A stretch of 64,000 bases of DNA from an uncultured Rhodospirillaceae bacterium (GCA_963977005.1 CAXBMQ010000012.1:4307-68306); one strand, 5' to 3'. Positions 10,725 through 21,968 are shown, numbered from the stretch's first letter. The notes: a model not told the origin generated them from the sequence alone. A program made the numbers and translations.

Positions 10725-12133
10725 TTCGCGGTCTCCGGCAGCAGGATACTGGTGACCGATTTTTCGACGTTCAGAACGGCCTGGGCCGCTTCCATAACCT
10801 GTTCAGGGGTGACGGCCGAGATACGCTCGGGCCATGCCTCTACGTCGGCGATTGTCTGGCCCTGGGTAAAAGCCTGACCGATGGCATTGGGCCCGGCGCG
10901 AATGCCGTCCCGCGCGTAGATCGCCTGCGCCGACATAAGCCGCTTGGCACGGTCGATATCGGCCGGTTTGAATCCCTCTTTGACGGCGGCGGCCAGTTCT
11001 TCGAGCACAGCTTTTTCGAGTTCATCTATATCGCCGCCCGCCTTGGGGCTGGCGTAAATGCCGAACTCGCCGTAATCGAGTCCGTCGCCGCTGTACCAGG
11101 CGCCGGCATTCGACGCGATACCGCGCTCGACGACCAGTTTGCGGTACAGCCGGCTGGTCGATCCGCCGCCGAGAACCTGGGCGAGAACCTCCAGCGCATA
11201 GCCCGTCCCTTTTTCATCGGCACCGTAGCTCGGCGCCAGATGGGTCCGCGACCAGGCCGGCAGGCTGACGCGCTGATTTGTCAGCACCACCCGTCGCGCA
11301 GCGCGATGCGGCGGTTCCTTCGGACGGGCTCGTTCAGGCACTGCCCGGCGCGGGATGGGGCCGTAATATTTCTCCGCCAGCGCCCGCACTTTCCCGACCG
11401 AGGTATCGCCGGCAATGATCAGCATCGCATTGTTGGGTGCATAATGTTTGCGATAGAACGCGAGGGCTTTCTCGGTCGTGAGCTCACGGATTTCGCTCAT
11501 CCAGCCGATGACGGGGCGGCCATAGGGATGGTTCAGATACAGCGCCCGGCGGACCTGCTCGCGCAGCTGTGCGGCCGGGCTGTTATCGGTGCGCGAGCGG
11601 CGCTCTTCGAGAACCACGTCCCGCTCCGGCAGCACGACGTCGTCGGTCAGCACGACATTCTGCATCCGGTCGGCCTCGAGCCGCATAACGGTTTCCAGCT
11701 CATGCGCCGCAACGCGCTGGAAATAAGCCGTGAAATCGTAGCTGGTAAACGCGTTGTCCCGCCCGCCGATGCGCGCGATCGTCCGCGAGAATTCTCCGGG
11801 TTTGACCGTTTTCGTGCCCTTGAACAGCAGATGTTCGAGAAAATGCGCCAGACCGGATTCACCGGCTTCTTCGTCCGCCGCACCGACCCGGTACCACAGC
11901 ATCTGCATCACGATGGGTGCCCGGCGGTTCTCGATAACCACAACTTGCAGGCCGTTATCGAGCGTGAACGTTTTCGGCGAAAATACAGCCGATATCGCCG
12001 GTACGGCAGGCATCATTACAGCCGCCACCACCAACGCAAAGGCGGCGCAAAGCAGTCTTGAAGAAGCAAACAAATCGAACTCCCGGCGTGAAGCTGCAGC
12101 CGTCATGCTGCGACCGTCAGGCTGAACCAGCAT
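10721..12133 (-). CDS. M16 family zinc peptidase, catalytic subunit
   Basis: Inverted zincin motif HFLEHLLFKGT (HxxEH), 470 aa, signal peptide. Confidence 0.88.
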   Translation of the reverse strand: MLVQPDGRSMTAAASRREFDLFASSRLLCAAFALVVAAVMMPAVPAISAVFSPKTFTLDNGLQVVVIENRRAPIVMQMLWYRVGAADEEAGESGLAHFLEHLLFKGTKTVKPGEFSRTIARIGGRDNAFTSYDFTAYFQRVAAHELETVMRLEADRMQNVVLTDDVVLPERDVVLEERRSRTDNSPAAQLREQVRRALYLNHPYGRPVIGWMSEIRELTTEKALAFYRKHYAPNNAMLIIAGDTSVGKVRALAEKYYGPIPRRAVPERARPKEPPHRAARRVVLTNQRVSLPAWSRTHLAPSYGADEKGTGYALEVLAQVLGGGSTSRLYRKLVVERGIASNAGAWYSGDGLDYGEFGIYASPKAGGDIDELEKAVLEELAAAVKEGFKPADIDRAKRLMSAQAIYARDGIRAGPNAIGQAFTQGQTIADVEAWPERISAVTPEQVMEAAQAVLNVEKSVTSILLPETAK

Positions 12134-12197
12134 TTACAGAAACATCTGGGTACACGTCCGACAGATACAAGACCCGTCGTCATCACGTTCGGTTCGG

Positions 12198-12770
12198 CTA
12201 GAAGATCCCTTCGAACCAGCCTTTCGGCTTGCGAACGATTTTCGGCGACCGTCCCTTGGTCGGCGCTTCGCCGAGCCCCGCATTTTCACGTAATCTTTTC
12301 TGTTCCGCTGCGGCGTCGACAATGGTGCCGGGCGGCGGTTTATCCTGCCAGAAGATCAACCGGTCGGTGAAACTGTCGTCTTCCGTTTCCAGGATCGAGG
12401 ATTCGCGATTGATCGTTCGCCGGATGGACGGGTCGGCATTGGTCGCGCCTGCTTTCGCGAGCAGGGCCGATTCCCCCCTGGAGGTCGAAAGCGCCTGCTG
12501 CTGCTGCGCATCCGCGCCGGTACTTTTAACCAGAAGATCACGCGCAGAATCGGTGACTGCCTTTTCCTGCGGCCGCTCGGCACCCGGGCGCGGCGGACGC
12601 AGCCCGAAATCCGGCGGCATACTCAACGGCGCACGGGTGACCACAGCGAATTCGTCGGGCGACTGTTTGCCGATACCGATCGCTTCGCGCGCGTTTTCAC
12701 AGGCGGACAGCGTGAAAGCCGCCAATATTACCAGCAGGATATGCCGGGGCATCGCCGAAAAGCGTGTCAT
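12198..12770 (-). CDS. DUF3035 lipoprotein
   Basis: Lipobox (LAAFTLSAC), low-complexity body, located downstream of lspA as in many alphaproteobacteria. Confidence 0.7.
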   Translation of the reverse strand: MTRFSAMPRHILLVILAAFTLSACENAREAIGIGKQSPDEFAVVTRAPLSMPPDFGLRPPRPGAERPQEKAVTDSARDLLVKSTGADAQQQQALSTSRGESALLAKAGATNADPSIRRTINRESSILETEDDSFTDRLIFWQDKPPPGTIVDAAAEQKRLRENAGLGEAPTKGRSPKIVRKPKGWFEGIF

Positions 12771-12796
12771 TTTGTTCGTTCCATGGTGAACCGGAC

Positions 12797-13309
12797 TTAC
12801 GTCTCTAACCTATTGTTGCGCCGCTTCTCAATCAAGCCATCAAACAGCAGCATCACCACCCCGACCGAGATCGCGATATCGGCGACATTAAACGCGGGCC
12901 AGTGATAGCCGTAGGCATGAAAGTCGAGAAAATCGGCGACCGCGCCATACAGCGCCCTGTCGATTGCGTTGCCCAGCGCACCACCAATCACGAAGCCGAG
13001 CGATACCGCCAGCCAGCGCGACCGTGCCCTGTACATCCAGACCGACAGGACGATTGAAATGACCACCGCAACAGTACCGAGGAAGACCGGCGTCCATGGA
13101 GAAGCGCTGCTGAACAGCCCGAAACTCGCCCCGCGGTTCCACACCATGACGATATTGAAAAACGGCGTGATCTCGATGATCCGGGGCGGCGACATGATGT
13201 CGAGCACGATCCAGAACTTCGTCGCCTGATCGAAAGCGATAATGGCCGCCGCGACGGGAAGTCCGAGCCGTATCAAGACCGGTAACTCAGTCCGCTGCCG
13301 CGGAAACAT
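12797..13309 (-). CDS. lspA: Lipoprotein signal peptidase II (LspA)
   Basis: Signal peptidase II membrane topology with [13 protein letters not shown] and [11 protein letters not shown] motifs. The likely start is an internal Met (MFPRQ..) that overlaps the ileS stop. The ORF extends to 13414. Confidence 0.85.
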   Translation of the reverse strand: MFPRQRTELPVLIRLGLPVAAAIIAFDQATKFWIVLDIMSPPRIIEITPFFNIVMVWNRGASFGLFSSASPWTPVFLGTVAVVISIVLSVWMYRARSRWLAVSLGFVIGGALGNAIDRALYGAVADFLDFHAYGYHWPAFNVADIAISVGVVMLLFDGLIEKRRNNRLET

Positions 13310-16181
13310 GCGCAACCGCATCCACGCAGCGATTGCAGATATCGGCGTTTTCGCCGTCACTGCCGACTTCCTCCAGCACCTGCCAGCAGCGTTCGCATTT
13401 GCCGCCATCGGCAAGCGCCGGCGTCACTGCCACGCCCGGCACATCGTCTATCGCGAAAGCACTTTCAGGAGCATCGCCGGTATCCACGGCCAGTGCCGAT
13501 GTGATGGATACTTCGGCGAGATCGACATCGCTCAGAGCGGTGGCGGTATCGCTGTCGAGATAGACGGTCGGCTTTGCCTGGAGGCTGGAACCGATACGCT
13601 TTTCCGCCCGTTCGATTTCCAGCGCGCCGGTGACAACCCGCCGGACACGCCGGACTTTCGCCCATTTTTCGGCCAGCGTGTCATCGCGCCAGTCGGCCGG
13701 CAAATCGGGATAGGTCTGCAGATGGACGCTGTTGCCGTCGCCCGGATTGCGCGACAGCCACGCTTCCTCTGCCGTAAAGCAGATCACAGGGGCAAGCCAC
13801 GCCGTCAGACAGTTGAACAGTTCGTCAAGCACCGTGCGCGCGGCGCGGCGCCGGATCGAATCCGGGCGGTCGCAATAGAGCGCATCCTTGCGGATATCAA
13901 AATAGAACGACGACAGGTCGACCGCGCAGAAATTGTGCAGCGCCGTAAACATGTCATGAAAATCGAACGACGACGCCCGGTCGCGCACCAGTTCATCGAT
14001 CTCCGACAGACGGTGCAGAACCCAGCGTTCAAGCTCCGGCATCTCCGCGGCCGGCAGGCGCTCGCTTTCCTCGAACCCGTGAAGGTTCCCCAGAATGAAA
14101 CGAAGCGTATTCCGCAGCCGGCGATAGGCGTCGGTCTGGTACTTGATGATATCCGGCCCGATCTTCAAATCTTCAGAATAATCCGACGCAACCACCCAGA
14201 TACGCAGGATATCCGCACCGTATTGTTTGATGATTTCCTGCGGCGCAACGACATTGCCGGTAGATTTGGACATCTTCTGCTTGTCGTCGGCGAGTACGAA
14301 GCCATGCGTCAGCACCGCGTCGTACGGCGCCCGGCCCCGGGTGCCGCAGGATTCGAGCAGGCTGGAATGGAACCAGCCGCGATGCTGGTCGGACCCTTCG
14401 AGATAAAGCGTCGCCGGCCATTGCAGGTCGTCCCGGTCCTCAAGCACGAAGCTGTGCGTTGAGCCCGAATCGAACCAGACATCGAGGATATCGAACACCT
14501 GTTCGTATTCGTCCGCACTGTAATCGTTGCCGAGGAACCGCGACGGGTCTGACGCGAACCAGGCATCGGCGCCCTCTTCGGCGATCGCATCCGCAATCCG
14601 CTCCTGCACGGATTCATCGCGCAACAGCTCGCCGGTCTTTTTATTGACGAACACGGTGATCGGCACGCCCCAGGCGCGCTGACGCGACACGACCCAGTCG
14701 GGCCGCCCTTCGATCATGCCGTGCAGGCGCGTGCGCCCGGTTTCCGGATAGAACCCCGTGGCACCGATGGCATCCAGCGCGACCTTGCGCAGTGTTTCGC
14801 CGTTCTCGGTGAAAGGCTTGTCCATCGCGATAAACCATTGCGGCGTATTGCGAAAAATCAGCGGCTTCTTGGACCGCCAGGAATGCGGATACTGGTGTTT
14901 GACACGCCCGCGCGCGATCAGCGCATTGGCTGCAACCAGCGCGTCGATAACCGCCTGGTTGGCGTCGCCCTTCTTGCCCTTTTGGGTGATGACGCATTTG
15001 CCGCCGAAACCGGGCGCCTCGTCGGTATAGATGCCGTCGGCGTCGACGGTGTAGGGAATCCGCGTATCGATCCCGCGCGCGGTCAGGCCCTGACCGTTGG
15101 CGACCCAAATATCATAGTCGTCGCGACCATGGCCGGGCGCCGTATGCACGAAGCCCGTACCGGCATCATCCATGACATGCGCGCCATCGAGCAGCGGGAT
15201 ATCGAAATTATATCCCATGGCCGCCAGCGGATGGGCGCAGGTGGCATCGCTAAGCATGGCAGGCGTAACGTCCGACAGCCGGCTCCAAGACGTCGCCCGC
15301 GCCGAGCCCATGACGTCATCCGCCAGCGCATCGGCGAGGATCAGTCTGTCGCCGGTCTTTGCCCAGTTTTCATCGGGGGCATCGGTGACTTCGTAAAGCC
15401 CGTAAGAAATCCTGGACGAAAACGAGATCGCACGGTTGCCGGGGATCGTCCAGGGCGTGGTGGTCCAGATGACAACGGATGCACCGGCAAGCGCCTCCAT
15501 GGCCTCCGCACCGCCGGACCGCAGCGGAAACTTCGCCCATATCGTGTCGGATTCATGGTCGTGATATTCAACCTCGGCCTCGGCCAGGGCGGTCTTTTCG
15601 ACCACCGACCACATCACCGGTTTGGAGCCCTGATACAGAAGCCCGTTATCGACGAATTTCATCAGCTCGCGGGCGATCTGCGCCTCGGCGGCGAAGTTCA
15701 TCGTCGTATACGGATTTTCCCAGTCGCCGATCACGCCGAGCCGCTGAAATTCCTCGCGCTGCACGCCGATCCAGTGTTCGGCAAAATCCCGGCATTCCTG
15801 GCGGAATTCCACGATCGGCACTTCGTCCTTGTCACGTCCCGTGGACCGGTATTTTTCCTCGACCTTCCATTCGATCGGCAGGCCGTGACAATCCCAGCCA
15901 GGCACGTAATTGGCATCCTTGCCCAGCATCTGCTGCGACCGGTTGATGACGTCCTTCAGGATCTTGTTCAGGGCATGACCGATATGCAGATTGCCGTTCG
16001 CGTAGGGCGGGCCGTCATGGAGGATAAACTTCTCGCGCCCCGCCGATTGTTCGCGCAGGCGCCTGTACAGGTTCATTTCCTCCCAACGCGCGAGGATACC
16101 GGGTTCGCGCTCGGGCAGCTTGCCACGCATTTCGAACTCGGTCTTCGGCAGGAAGACGGTGGATTTATAGTCTGTCGCCAT
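13287..16181 (-). CDS. ileS: Isoleucine--tRNA ligase
   Basis: 964 aa with HIGH ([11 protein letters not shown]) and KMSKS motifs and a C-terminal zinc-finger Cys cluster. Confidence 0.95.
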   Translation of the reverse strand: MATDYKSTVFLPKTEFEMRGKLPEREPGILARWEEMNLYRRLREQSAGREKFILHDGPPYANGNLHIGHALNKILKDVINRSQQMLGKDANYVPGWDCHGLPIEWKVEEKYRSTGRDKDEVPIVEFRQECRDFAEHWIGVQREEFQRLGVIGDWENPYTTMNFAAEAQIARELMKFVDNGLLYQGSKPVMWSVVEKTALAEAEVEYHDHESDTIWAKFPLRSGGAEAMEALAGASVVIWTTTPWTIPGNRAISFSSRISYGLYEVTDAPDENWAKTGDRLILADALADDVMGSARATSWSRLSDVTPAMLSDATCAHPLAAMGYNFDIPLLDGAHVMDDAGTGFVHTAPGHGRDDYDIWVANGQGLTARGIDTRIPYTVDADGIYTDEAPGFGGKCVITQKGKKGDANQAVIDALVAANALIARGRVKHQYPHSWRSKKPLIFRNTPQWFIAMDKPFTENGETLRKVALDAIGATGFYPETGRTRLHGMIEGRPDWVVSRQRAWGVPITVFVNKKTGELLRDESVQERIADAIAEEGADAWFASDPSRFLGNDYSADEYEQVFDILDVWFDSGSTHSFVLEDRDDLQWPATLYLEGSDQHRGWFHSSLLESCGTRGRAPYDAVLTHGFVLADDKQKMSKSTGNVVAPQEIIKQYGADILRIWVVASDYSEDLKIGPDIIKYQTDAYRRLRNTLRFILGNLHGFEESERLPAAEMPELERWVLHRLSEIDELVRDRASSFDFHDMFTALHNFCAVDLSSFYFDIRKDALYCDRPDSIRRRAARTVLDELFNCLTAWLAPVICFTAEEAWLSRNPGDGNSVHLQTYPDLPADWRDDTLAEKWAKVRRVRRVVTGALEIERAEKRIGSSLQAKPTVYLDSDTATALSDVDLAEVSITSALAVDTGDAPESAFAIDDVPGVAVTPALADGGKCERCWQVLEEVGSDGENADICNRCVDAVAHVSAAAD

Positions 16182-16207
16182 AATTCGTTCTTGTCCTGGC
16201 AGGGGGC

Positions 16208-17179
16208 TTATTCAGGCGCCCGTCTCGAATCGTCCGGGCCGATGCTTTCCAGCAGGGCCCGGGCATCATGCGAATCCAGCCCGATCTGTTCTCTCAGCTG
16301 GGATATTCCATCGAATTTCTTTTCCGGCCGGATATATTCTACCAGCGCGACCCGGAGCAGCTTATCGTAAATATCGTCGGTGAAATCGAATATGTAGGTT
16401 TCACAATTGACCTCGTTCTTGTCGAACGTCGGCCGCCGCCCGATATTCGCGCAGCCCATATGCCAATTGGTGACGCCGCCCTCTTCGACGCCGACCCAGA
16501 CGGCATATACGCCAAGGGCCGGTTCCAGGTAATCGTCGAGAGCGATATTGGCCGTCGGGAAACCGATCTGCCGACCGCGCTGATCTCCCTTTATTACCCG
16601 CCCTTCGACTTCCCATAGCCTCCCGAGCAGATTGGCAGCGCCGACAGGGTCGCCGTCGCGCAGGCAATTGCGGATGTTGGTCGAAGAATAGACCGTCTCG
16701 CTCTGATCCTTGACGGGTTCGATGATGGATACACCGAAGCCGTCCTGCGCCGCGCGCTCCCGCAGGTAGTCGCCGTTACCACCACGCCCTGCGCCGAACA
16801 CAAAATCGTACCCGACCGTTACATGCTTTGCGTGAAAGCCGCCGGTGATAAACGTGTCGACGAACTGATCGTGGGTCAGTTGCGATGTCTCCGCATCGAA
16901 ATGCACCACCAGAAGCTGATCCACGCCGGCAGCCTCGAAACGGCGGACCTTGCTGCGCAGCGGCGTCAACTGGAACGGCGGTTCTTCCGGTCGGAAAAAG
17001 CGCCTGGGATGAGGATCGAACGTGATAACCGAAAGCGACGAGCCCTGCTTTTCGGCATGCGACGCCGCCTCGCGAATCACCGCCTGGTGACCGAGATGGA
17101 CGCCATCGAAGTTACCGATGGCGACAGAGGTATCCCGGGAAAAATCCGGCAGCCCCGCAACGTGTCTGAATATGCGCAT
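16208..17179 (-). CDS. ribF: Bifunctional riboflavin kinase / FAD synthetase
   Basis: N-terminal FMN adenylyltransferase ([14 protein letters not shown]) and C-terminal riboflavin kinase domains. ribF-ileS-lspA synteny. Confidence 0.9.
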   Translation of the reverse strand: MRIFRHVAGLPDFSRDTSVAIGNFDGVHLGHQAVIREAASHAEKQGSSLSVITFDPHPRRFFRPEEPPFQLTPLRSKVRRFEAAGVDQLLVVHFDAETSQLTHDQFVDTFITGGFHAKHVTVGYDFVFGAGRGGNGDYLRERAAQDGFGVSIIEPVKDQSETVYSSTNIRNCLRDGDPVGAANLLGRLWEVEGRVIKGDQRGRQIGFPTANIALDDYLEPALGVYAVWVGVEEGGVTNWHMGCANIGRRPTFDKNEVNCETYIFDFTDDIYDKLLRVALVEYIRPEKKFDGISQLREQIGLDSHDARALLESIGPDDSRRAPE

Positions 17180-17226
17180 TGCGGCGGTCTTGGTAACTAC
17201 CGCAAGGGGTCAAGTCAAACCAATAA

Positions 17227-17244
17227 CCCGCCGCGAAAGGCGGG
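17227..17244 (-). terminator. Candidate intrinsic terminator after the MaoC gene
   Basis: cccgccgcgaaaggcggg hairpin. On the minus strand it is followed by a T-rich stretch (ttattggttt). Confidence 0.35.
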
Positions 17245-17255
17245 AACTGACCTGA

Positions 17256-17744
17256 CTAGTCCTTCTTGCGGCGGTTGGGCACCCAAAGGGTTGCCACGCC
17301 GTCGATGACGACTTTCTCGCCGATCGAGCAAACGACCTCGGTAATGACGTTATTGGTGTCCATATCGACATCCTTGATCGTCACGCGGGTCTGCACCGTA
17401 TCGCCGATCCGCACAGGGGCGCGGAAGTTCAGGTTCTGGTTCAGATAGGCGCAGCCCGGGCCCGGCAGCCTGGTGCCGAGAACGGCCGAAATATAGCCGC
17501 AGGTCAGCATGCCATGGGCAATCCGGCCCTTGAAAACCGTCTGTTTCGCGAATTCCTCATTTACATGGAGGGGGTTATCGTCTCCGGAAATCTGGGAATA
17601 CTGAACGATATCGGTCTCGGTGACGGTGCGCACGTACACATCCGTCATGCCGGGTTTGAGGTCGTCGATATAGTAGCCGTGCAATTCTTCCATGGTGGCG
17701 ATGACGGCGGCGGGGCGGACTTGCTGATCCATAAGTTCTTCCAA
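17256..17744 (-). CDS. MaoC-like (R)-specific enoyl-CoA hydratase / hot-dog fold dehydratase
   Basis: 162 aa hot-dog fold with the PhaJ/MaoC motif (DDNPLHVNEEFAKQTVFKGRIAHG). Confidence 0.85.
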   Translation of the reverse strand: MEELMDQQVRPAAVIATMEELHGYYIDDLKPGMTDVYVRTVTETDIVQYSQISGDDNPLHVNEEFAKQTVFKGRIAHGMLTCGYISAVLGTRLPGPGCAYLNQNLNFRAPVRIGDTVQTRVTIKDVDMDTNNVITEVVCSIGEKVVIDGVATLWVPNRRKKD

Positions 17745-17909
17745 TTGTTGCGCGCCAGCATATTAAGGTATTGCGGCGCAATATTGAATGTTGCGCTGCA
17801 AGATATCGCCGGATCGGGTTAACAGCAAGCGAATCCCTTGAAAGTTTTTTTTGATTGATCAACCGGCGTGTTTAGCCCCCGTTAACCAGCGGAATCTAAT
17901 ATCCCGGTT

Positions 17910-18137
17910 ATGCGCACAGCCCTGAACGCCCATCAGAAAATTCCGAAAGTTCGCGAATATGCCGAACTTACACTGACCGATGGTACGGTCCTGAGCGGCT
18001 ATGTCTTTGTCGACGCGACCGCGCGTATCCAGGATCTGCTGAATGACAGCGCCCCGTTTATGCCGTTTATCGACAACGCTGAAACGGTACATCTGGTCAA
18101 TAAAACAGCGATCGTGCGCATCCAGCCATTCGACTAG
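17910..18137 (+). CDS. Small hypothetical protein (75 aa)
   Basis: ORF in an AT-richer intergenic gap. There are no strong motifs, but codon usage resembles that of neighbouring genes. Confidence 0.35.
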   Translation: MRTALNAHQKIPKVREYAELTLTDGTVLSGYVFVDATARIQDLLNDSAPFMPFIDNAETVHLVNKTAIVRIQPFD

Positions 18138-18188
18138 GCCAGCTTCCGCCACAGGCCAATTTCACCAAGTCTTAAGATTTAGCCCGGC

Positions 18189-19298
18189 ATGATGGGTACT
18201 CTGGCACCGTGTAAGGTATATAGGGGCAGACGTGGTAGGTGGATGCAGTATCCCGAGACACCCGAAAAAGCATCGAAATTCGCGCTCGCCGCGGTTAAGC
18301 GGCTCAATGAGCTCGGTGTCGCCGCGAATCCGATTAATTTCGCGATCTGGTATGAATACTTCGCGGGCAAAAACCACGATCTGAAGAAGACCGTCGACGC
18401 ACTGTCCATGGTTGACGGCAAAAGCGATGCGTCGGTCTATGCCGACCTGTACGACCGCTTCATCATCGCCGGCGCCAATATCGCGCGCGACCGGGAGTGG
18501 TCGGACCGGATCGACACCGTCACCGAACGGATCGTCAGCGCCCTGACCGCCTCCGGCTCCGAAACTGAAGAATATGGCGTAGCGCTGAAGACCTTCTCCG
18601 GCGACCTGGAAACAGCGGGGAACCTTGACCAGATTCGCGGCCTCGTCGCCGACATCATCGAGGAAACCGATTCTATGGACGCCCGGACCCGGGAACTTTA
18701 CAGCCGGGTGAGCGAATCCACTGCCGAAATAACCGAGCTCCGCAAGGCGCTGGACGATTCCCGGCGGGACGCGCTGACCGACAGCCTGACCGGCGTCGCT
18801 AACAGGAAAAGCTTCGATCAGAAGATGTTTGCCGCAGTCGGGGAATCGCTTGATACCGGCGAGCCGCTGTCGCTGATCTTTGCGGACATCGACCATTTCA
18901 AGGAATTCAACGACACCCACGGACACCAGCTCGGCGACCAGGTGCTCCGGCTCGTCGGACGGACGCTTTTCAACTCGCTCAAAGGCAAAGACACCGCCGC
19001 CCGCTACGGTGGCGAGGAATTCGCCATCATCCTGCCCGACACCACAAGCGGCGGGGCAACCGCCGTCGCCGACAACATCCGGAAATCCATCGCCTCCAAA
19101 CGCCTGGTCAAAAAAGGCTCAGAGGACGAAATCGGCGCCGTCACCATATCGCTCGGCGTTACATCCTATCAGCCCGGTGAAGACATACCCGCTTTTATCG
19201 AACGCGCGGATCAGGCGCTTTACATGGCGAAAAAACTGGGACGCAACCGCGTCATCTGCGAAGACAAACGTCCCGAGATAGCTGCCGTCGGCAACTGA
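18189..19298 (+). CDS. Diguanylate cyclase (GGDEF domain) with an N-terminal sensory/coiled-coil region
   Basis: A-site RYGGEEFAI, I-site-like RKSF, upstream DSLTGVANR. Confidence 0.88.
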   Translation: MMGTLAPCKVYRGRRGRWMQYPETPEKASKFALAAVKRLNELGVAANPINFAIWYEYFAGKNHDLKKTVDALSMVDGKSDASVYADLYDRFIIAGANIARDREWSDRIDTVTERIVSALTASGSETEEYGVALKTFSGDLETAGNLDQIRGLVADIIEETDSMDARTRELYSRVSESTAEITELRKALDDSRRDALTDSLTGVANRKSFDQKMFAAVGESLDTGEPLSLIFADIDHFKEFNDTHGHQLGDQVLRLVGRTLFNSLKGKDTAARYGGEEFAIILPDTTSGGATAVADNIRKSIASKRLVKKGSEDEIGAVTISLGVTSYQPGEDIPAFIERADQALYMAKKLGRNRVICEDKRPEIAAVGN

Positions 19299-19340
19299 GC
19301 AGCTTGCCGCGCGGCCCTTCGACGCGTCATACTCCGCCCC

Positions 19341-20084
19341 ATGATTGTCCTGTTCACCGATTTCGGCGAGGTCGGCCCCTATGTGGGCCAGGTCAAGGCC
19401 GTGCTCGAGCGCGACGCCCCCGGCATTCCGGTCATCGATCTGTTACACGATGCACCGATGTTCCAGGCCCGTGCATCTTCTTACCTGCTTGCCTCGCTGA
19501 TCGACGTCTTTCCTGCCAATGTCGTCTTCCTCTGCGTTGTCGATCCCGGCGTCGGCAGCAGCCGTGCCCCGGCGATCGTTAGCGCCGACGGCCGGCGTTT
19601 TGTCGGGCCCGATAACGGCCTATTCGAGATCGTGATGCGACGTGCGAACGAACGGTCGTTCCGCCGGATTACCTGGGAACCCAAAGATATGTCGGCAAGT
19701 TTCCACGGGCGCGATCTCTTCGCCCCGGTCGCAGCCAGACTGGCAAAGGGAGACGACGTCGCGTCAGAACTGCGCCCCGAGGAGGAAGCCCGCCGCCCTC
19801 ACTGGCCGAACGATCTCAAGGAGATCATCTATCTCGACAAATTCGGCAACGCAATGACGGGCCTCAGGGCCAAGAACGTTCCGGCCGGGTCGGAGATGAT
19901 CGTCAACGGCCACCGCCTCACCCGCGCCCGCACGTTCTCTGACCTGCCCGAAGGTAGCGCATTCTGGTACGAAAATTCATCCGGCCTGGTCGAATTCGCG
20001 GTCAATCAGGGCGGCGCCAAAGCGGCGCTCGGCGTCGATGTCGGCAGTGAATTTTCCATCGACACGGCGCAAGGCGCGGCGTAA
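19341..20084 (+). CDS. SAM hydroxide adenosyltransferase (DUF62; fluorinase/chlorinase-like superfamily)
   Basis: Hallmark N terminus MIVLFTDFGEVGPYVGQ and VVDPGVGS motif. 247 aa. Confidence 0.8.
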   Translation: MIVLFTDFGEVGPYVGQVKAVLERDAPGIPVIDLLHDAPMFQARASSYLLASLIDVFPANVVFLCVVDPGVGSSRAPAIVSADGRRFVGPDNGLFEIVMRRANERSFRRITWEPKDMSASFHGRDLFAPVAARLAKGDDVASELRPEEEARRPHWPNDLKEIIYLDKFGNAMTGLRAKNVPAGSEMIVNGHRLTRARTFSDLPEGSAFWYENSSGLVEFAVNQGGAKAALGVDVGSEFSIDTAQGAA

Positions 20085-20113
20085 GCCGTCTTCTCCTCTG
20101 CCGGGCGGGACAG

Positions 20114-20917
20114 GTGCCCGCCCTTTCAAAACGGAAATCATCAGACGACAATATGGACCAGCTTCTGGGCAATCCTCTTTTTGCTTCTTTCGCCATTGGC
20201 GCAGTGCTGCTCGCCGGGCTGTCCAAGGGCGGGTTCGGCGGCGGTATCGGCTTTGTCGGGGTGCTGGCGCTCTCGCAGGTCTCGTCGCCGGTGCAGGCAG
20301 TAGCGATCATGCTGCCGATCCTCTGCGTTATGGACCTGATCGGTGTGTGGGCCTACCGCAAGGACTGGGACCGGCCGAGCATGAAGGTGCTCGTGATCGG
20401 CTGCATGATCGGCACGGTTATCGGCACCCTGACCTTCAAATGGATGGACGAACAGCTGATCCGCCTGATGGTCGGTTTTATCGCCATCGCGTTTTTTATC
20501 GACTTCTTTCGGGCGGGCGGCGAAAAGGCTGCGGCACGGGTTCTGTCGAAACCGATCGGATACGTCCTCGGCACAATTGCCGGATTCACCAGCTTCGTCA
20601 TTCATGCCGGCCTGCCGCCCGTCGCGATGTACCTGCTGCCGCAGCGGCTGGACAAGCGCATCCACGTCGGCACCATCGTGATCCTGTTCTGTATCGTGAA
20701 TTACGCCAAGATACTGCCCTATTGGTGGCTCGGCCTGTTCACGATGCCCAATCTGTCGATCTCGCTGATCCTGATGCCGCTTGCGCCGATCGGAATGTTT
20801 ATCGGGATAAAATTCAATCACCTGATCCCGCAGAAATGGTTCATGCGGGCAAGCTATGGAATCCTGTTCGTTCTGGGCACGCGCCTGCTCTATGAAGGCC
20901 TGGCACCGATGTTCTGA
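20114..20917 (+). CDS. TauE/SafE family anion (sulfite) exporter, paralog 1
   Basis: Two-repeat 4+4 TM architecture, GFGGG motif, about 250 aa hydrophobic. The start is possibly the internal Met at 20153. Confidence 0.8.
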   Translation: MPALSKRKSSDDNMDQLLGNPLFASFAIGAVLLAGLSKGGFGGGIGFVGVLALSQVSSPVQAVAIMLPILCVMDLIGVWAYRKDWDRPSMKVLVIGCMIGTVIGTLTFKWMDEQLIRLMVGFIAIAFFIDFFRAGGEKAAARVLSKPIGYVLGTIAGFTSFVIHAGLPPVAMYLLPQRLDKRIHVGTIVILFCIVNYAKILPYWWLGLFTMPNLSISLILMPLAPIGMFIGIKFNHLIPQKWFMRASYGILFVLGTRLLYEGLAPMF

Positions 20918-20945
20918 GCCGACATCCCGGCCGGCACGTCCTTGC

Positions 20946-21827
20946 CTATGGCCGGCGCTCTTTCAGCAATGTCTTGATCTCCTGCATTTCGCGGCGCAGC
21001 TCCTCGAATTCCAGTGCCCTTCGGCGGTGTTCGTCATGAACGACGCCGCTCATCTCGTCGATGGTCTCATGCTGTTCGGTTTCGTGCAGGGTCTGCATGG
21101 AATCGATAATGATCGCGATAAACAGGTTGAGGACGGTAAAGCTCGACATCACGATAAACGCGACAAAAACGATCCAGGCCCAGGGGTGAACCTCCATCAC
21201 CGGGCGCACGATGCCCATCGACCAGCTTTCCAGCGTCATGATCTGGAACAGCGTGTACATGGAATCGCCGATGCTGCCGAACCAGTCCGGAAACGCCGCT
21301 CCGAACAGCTTGGTGCTGATCACGGCATAGACATAAAAGACCAGCATCAGCAGGGCGCCGATGGCGCCAACCCCCGGCACGGCGTGCAACAGGGCCGCCA
21401 CGATGCGGCGAAGCCGCGGCACGGCAGAGACCAGCCGCAATACGCGCAGCACGCGCAGCGACCGCAGAACGGCCAGGGAATCGTTCGACGGGGCAAGCGT
21501 GATCGCCACGACGATAAAGTCGAAAACATTCCAGGCCCCGCGAAAAAAAGGCAATCCATGCGCATAGATACGCAACACCAGCTCCACACAGAAAACCGCA
21601 ATCACGATTTGGTCGAAAACCAGCAATTGCGGGCCAATAACGCCCATGACCGTCGGCGATGTTTCCATGCCCAGCGTGAACGCATTCACGACGATCAGAG
21701 CCATGATCGATTTCTGAAAGACCGGATGCTCAACCAGGCGGCGGACGCGGGCCCTGATACCGGTTTCCGGGGCTGAATTCGGTTCGAGGTCTAGTTTGGG
21801 GGCCGCCCCCGAATCGCTGGGTGACAA
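20946..21827 (-). CDS. Bacterial voltage-gated sodium channel (BacNaV/NaChBac family)
   Basis: S4 voltage sensor with an R every third residue (RSLRVLRVLRLVSAVPRLRR). Selectivity filter TLESWSM matches NavAb/NaChBac. C-terminal coiled coil. Confidence 0.8.
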   Translation of the reverse strand: MSPSDSGAAPKLDLEPNSAPETGIRARVRRLVEHPVFQKSIMALIVVNAFTLGMETSPTVMGVIGPQLLVFDQIVIAVFCVELVLRIYAHGLPFFRGAWNVFDFIVVAITLAPSNDSLAVLRSLRVLRVLRLVSAVPRLRRIVAALLHAVPGVGAIGALLMLVFYVYAVISTKLFGAAFPDWFGSIGDSMYTLFQIMTLESWSMGIVRPVMEVHPWAWIVFVAFIVMSSFTVLNLFIAIIIDSMQTLHETEQHETIDEMSGVVHDEHRRRALEFEELRREMQEIKTLLKERRP

Positions 21828-21968
21828 AGGTGTTCTCCGTATTTCTGAAGGGCGTTTCTATCGGAAGCGGATGAGAAATGACAATCTTTATCGGGGTGTT
21901 TGCCGGCATATCCGTCCCCATCAGATAGGACACAAAATGCCGCTTGACGATGTTCCTTTTTCTAACTA

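Noticed and set aside
13242-14462. 406-aa ORF on the + strand
   Set aside because: It is antisense to ileS and lspA. It has no motifs and the composition is an artefact.
14721-16370. 549-aa ORF on the + strand
   Set aside because: It lies entirely antisense to ileS. It is an Arg/Gly/Pro-rich low-complexity translation typical of high-GC shadow ORFs.
17822-17909. CTTGAAA motif upstream of the small ORF at 17910 that could be a second sigma-32 promoter
   Set aside because: There is no convincing -10 element at the correct spacing. It is probably a chance match in an AT-rich spacer.
18162-18926. 254-aa ORF on the - strand
   Set aside because: It is antisense to the GGDEF cyclase gene.
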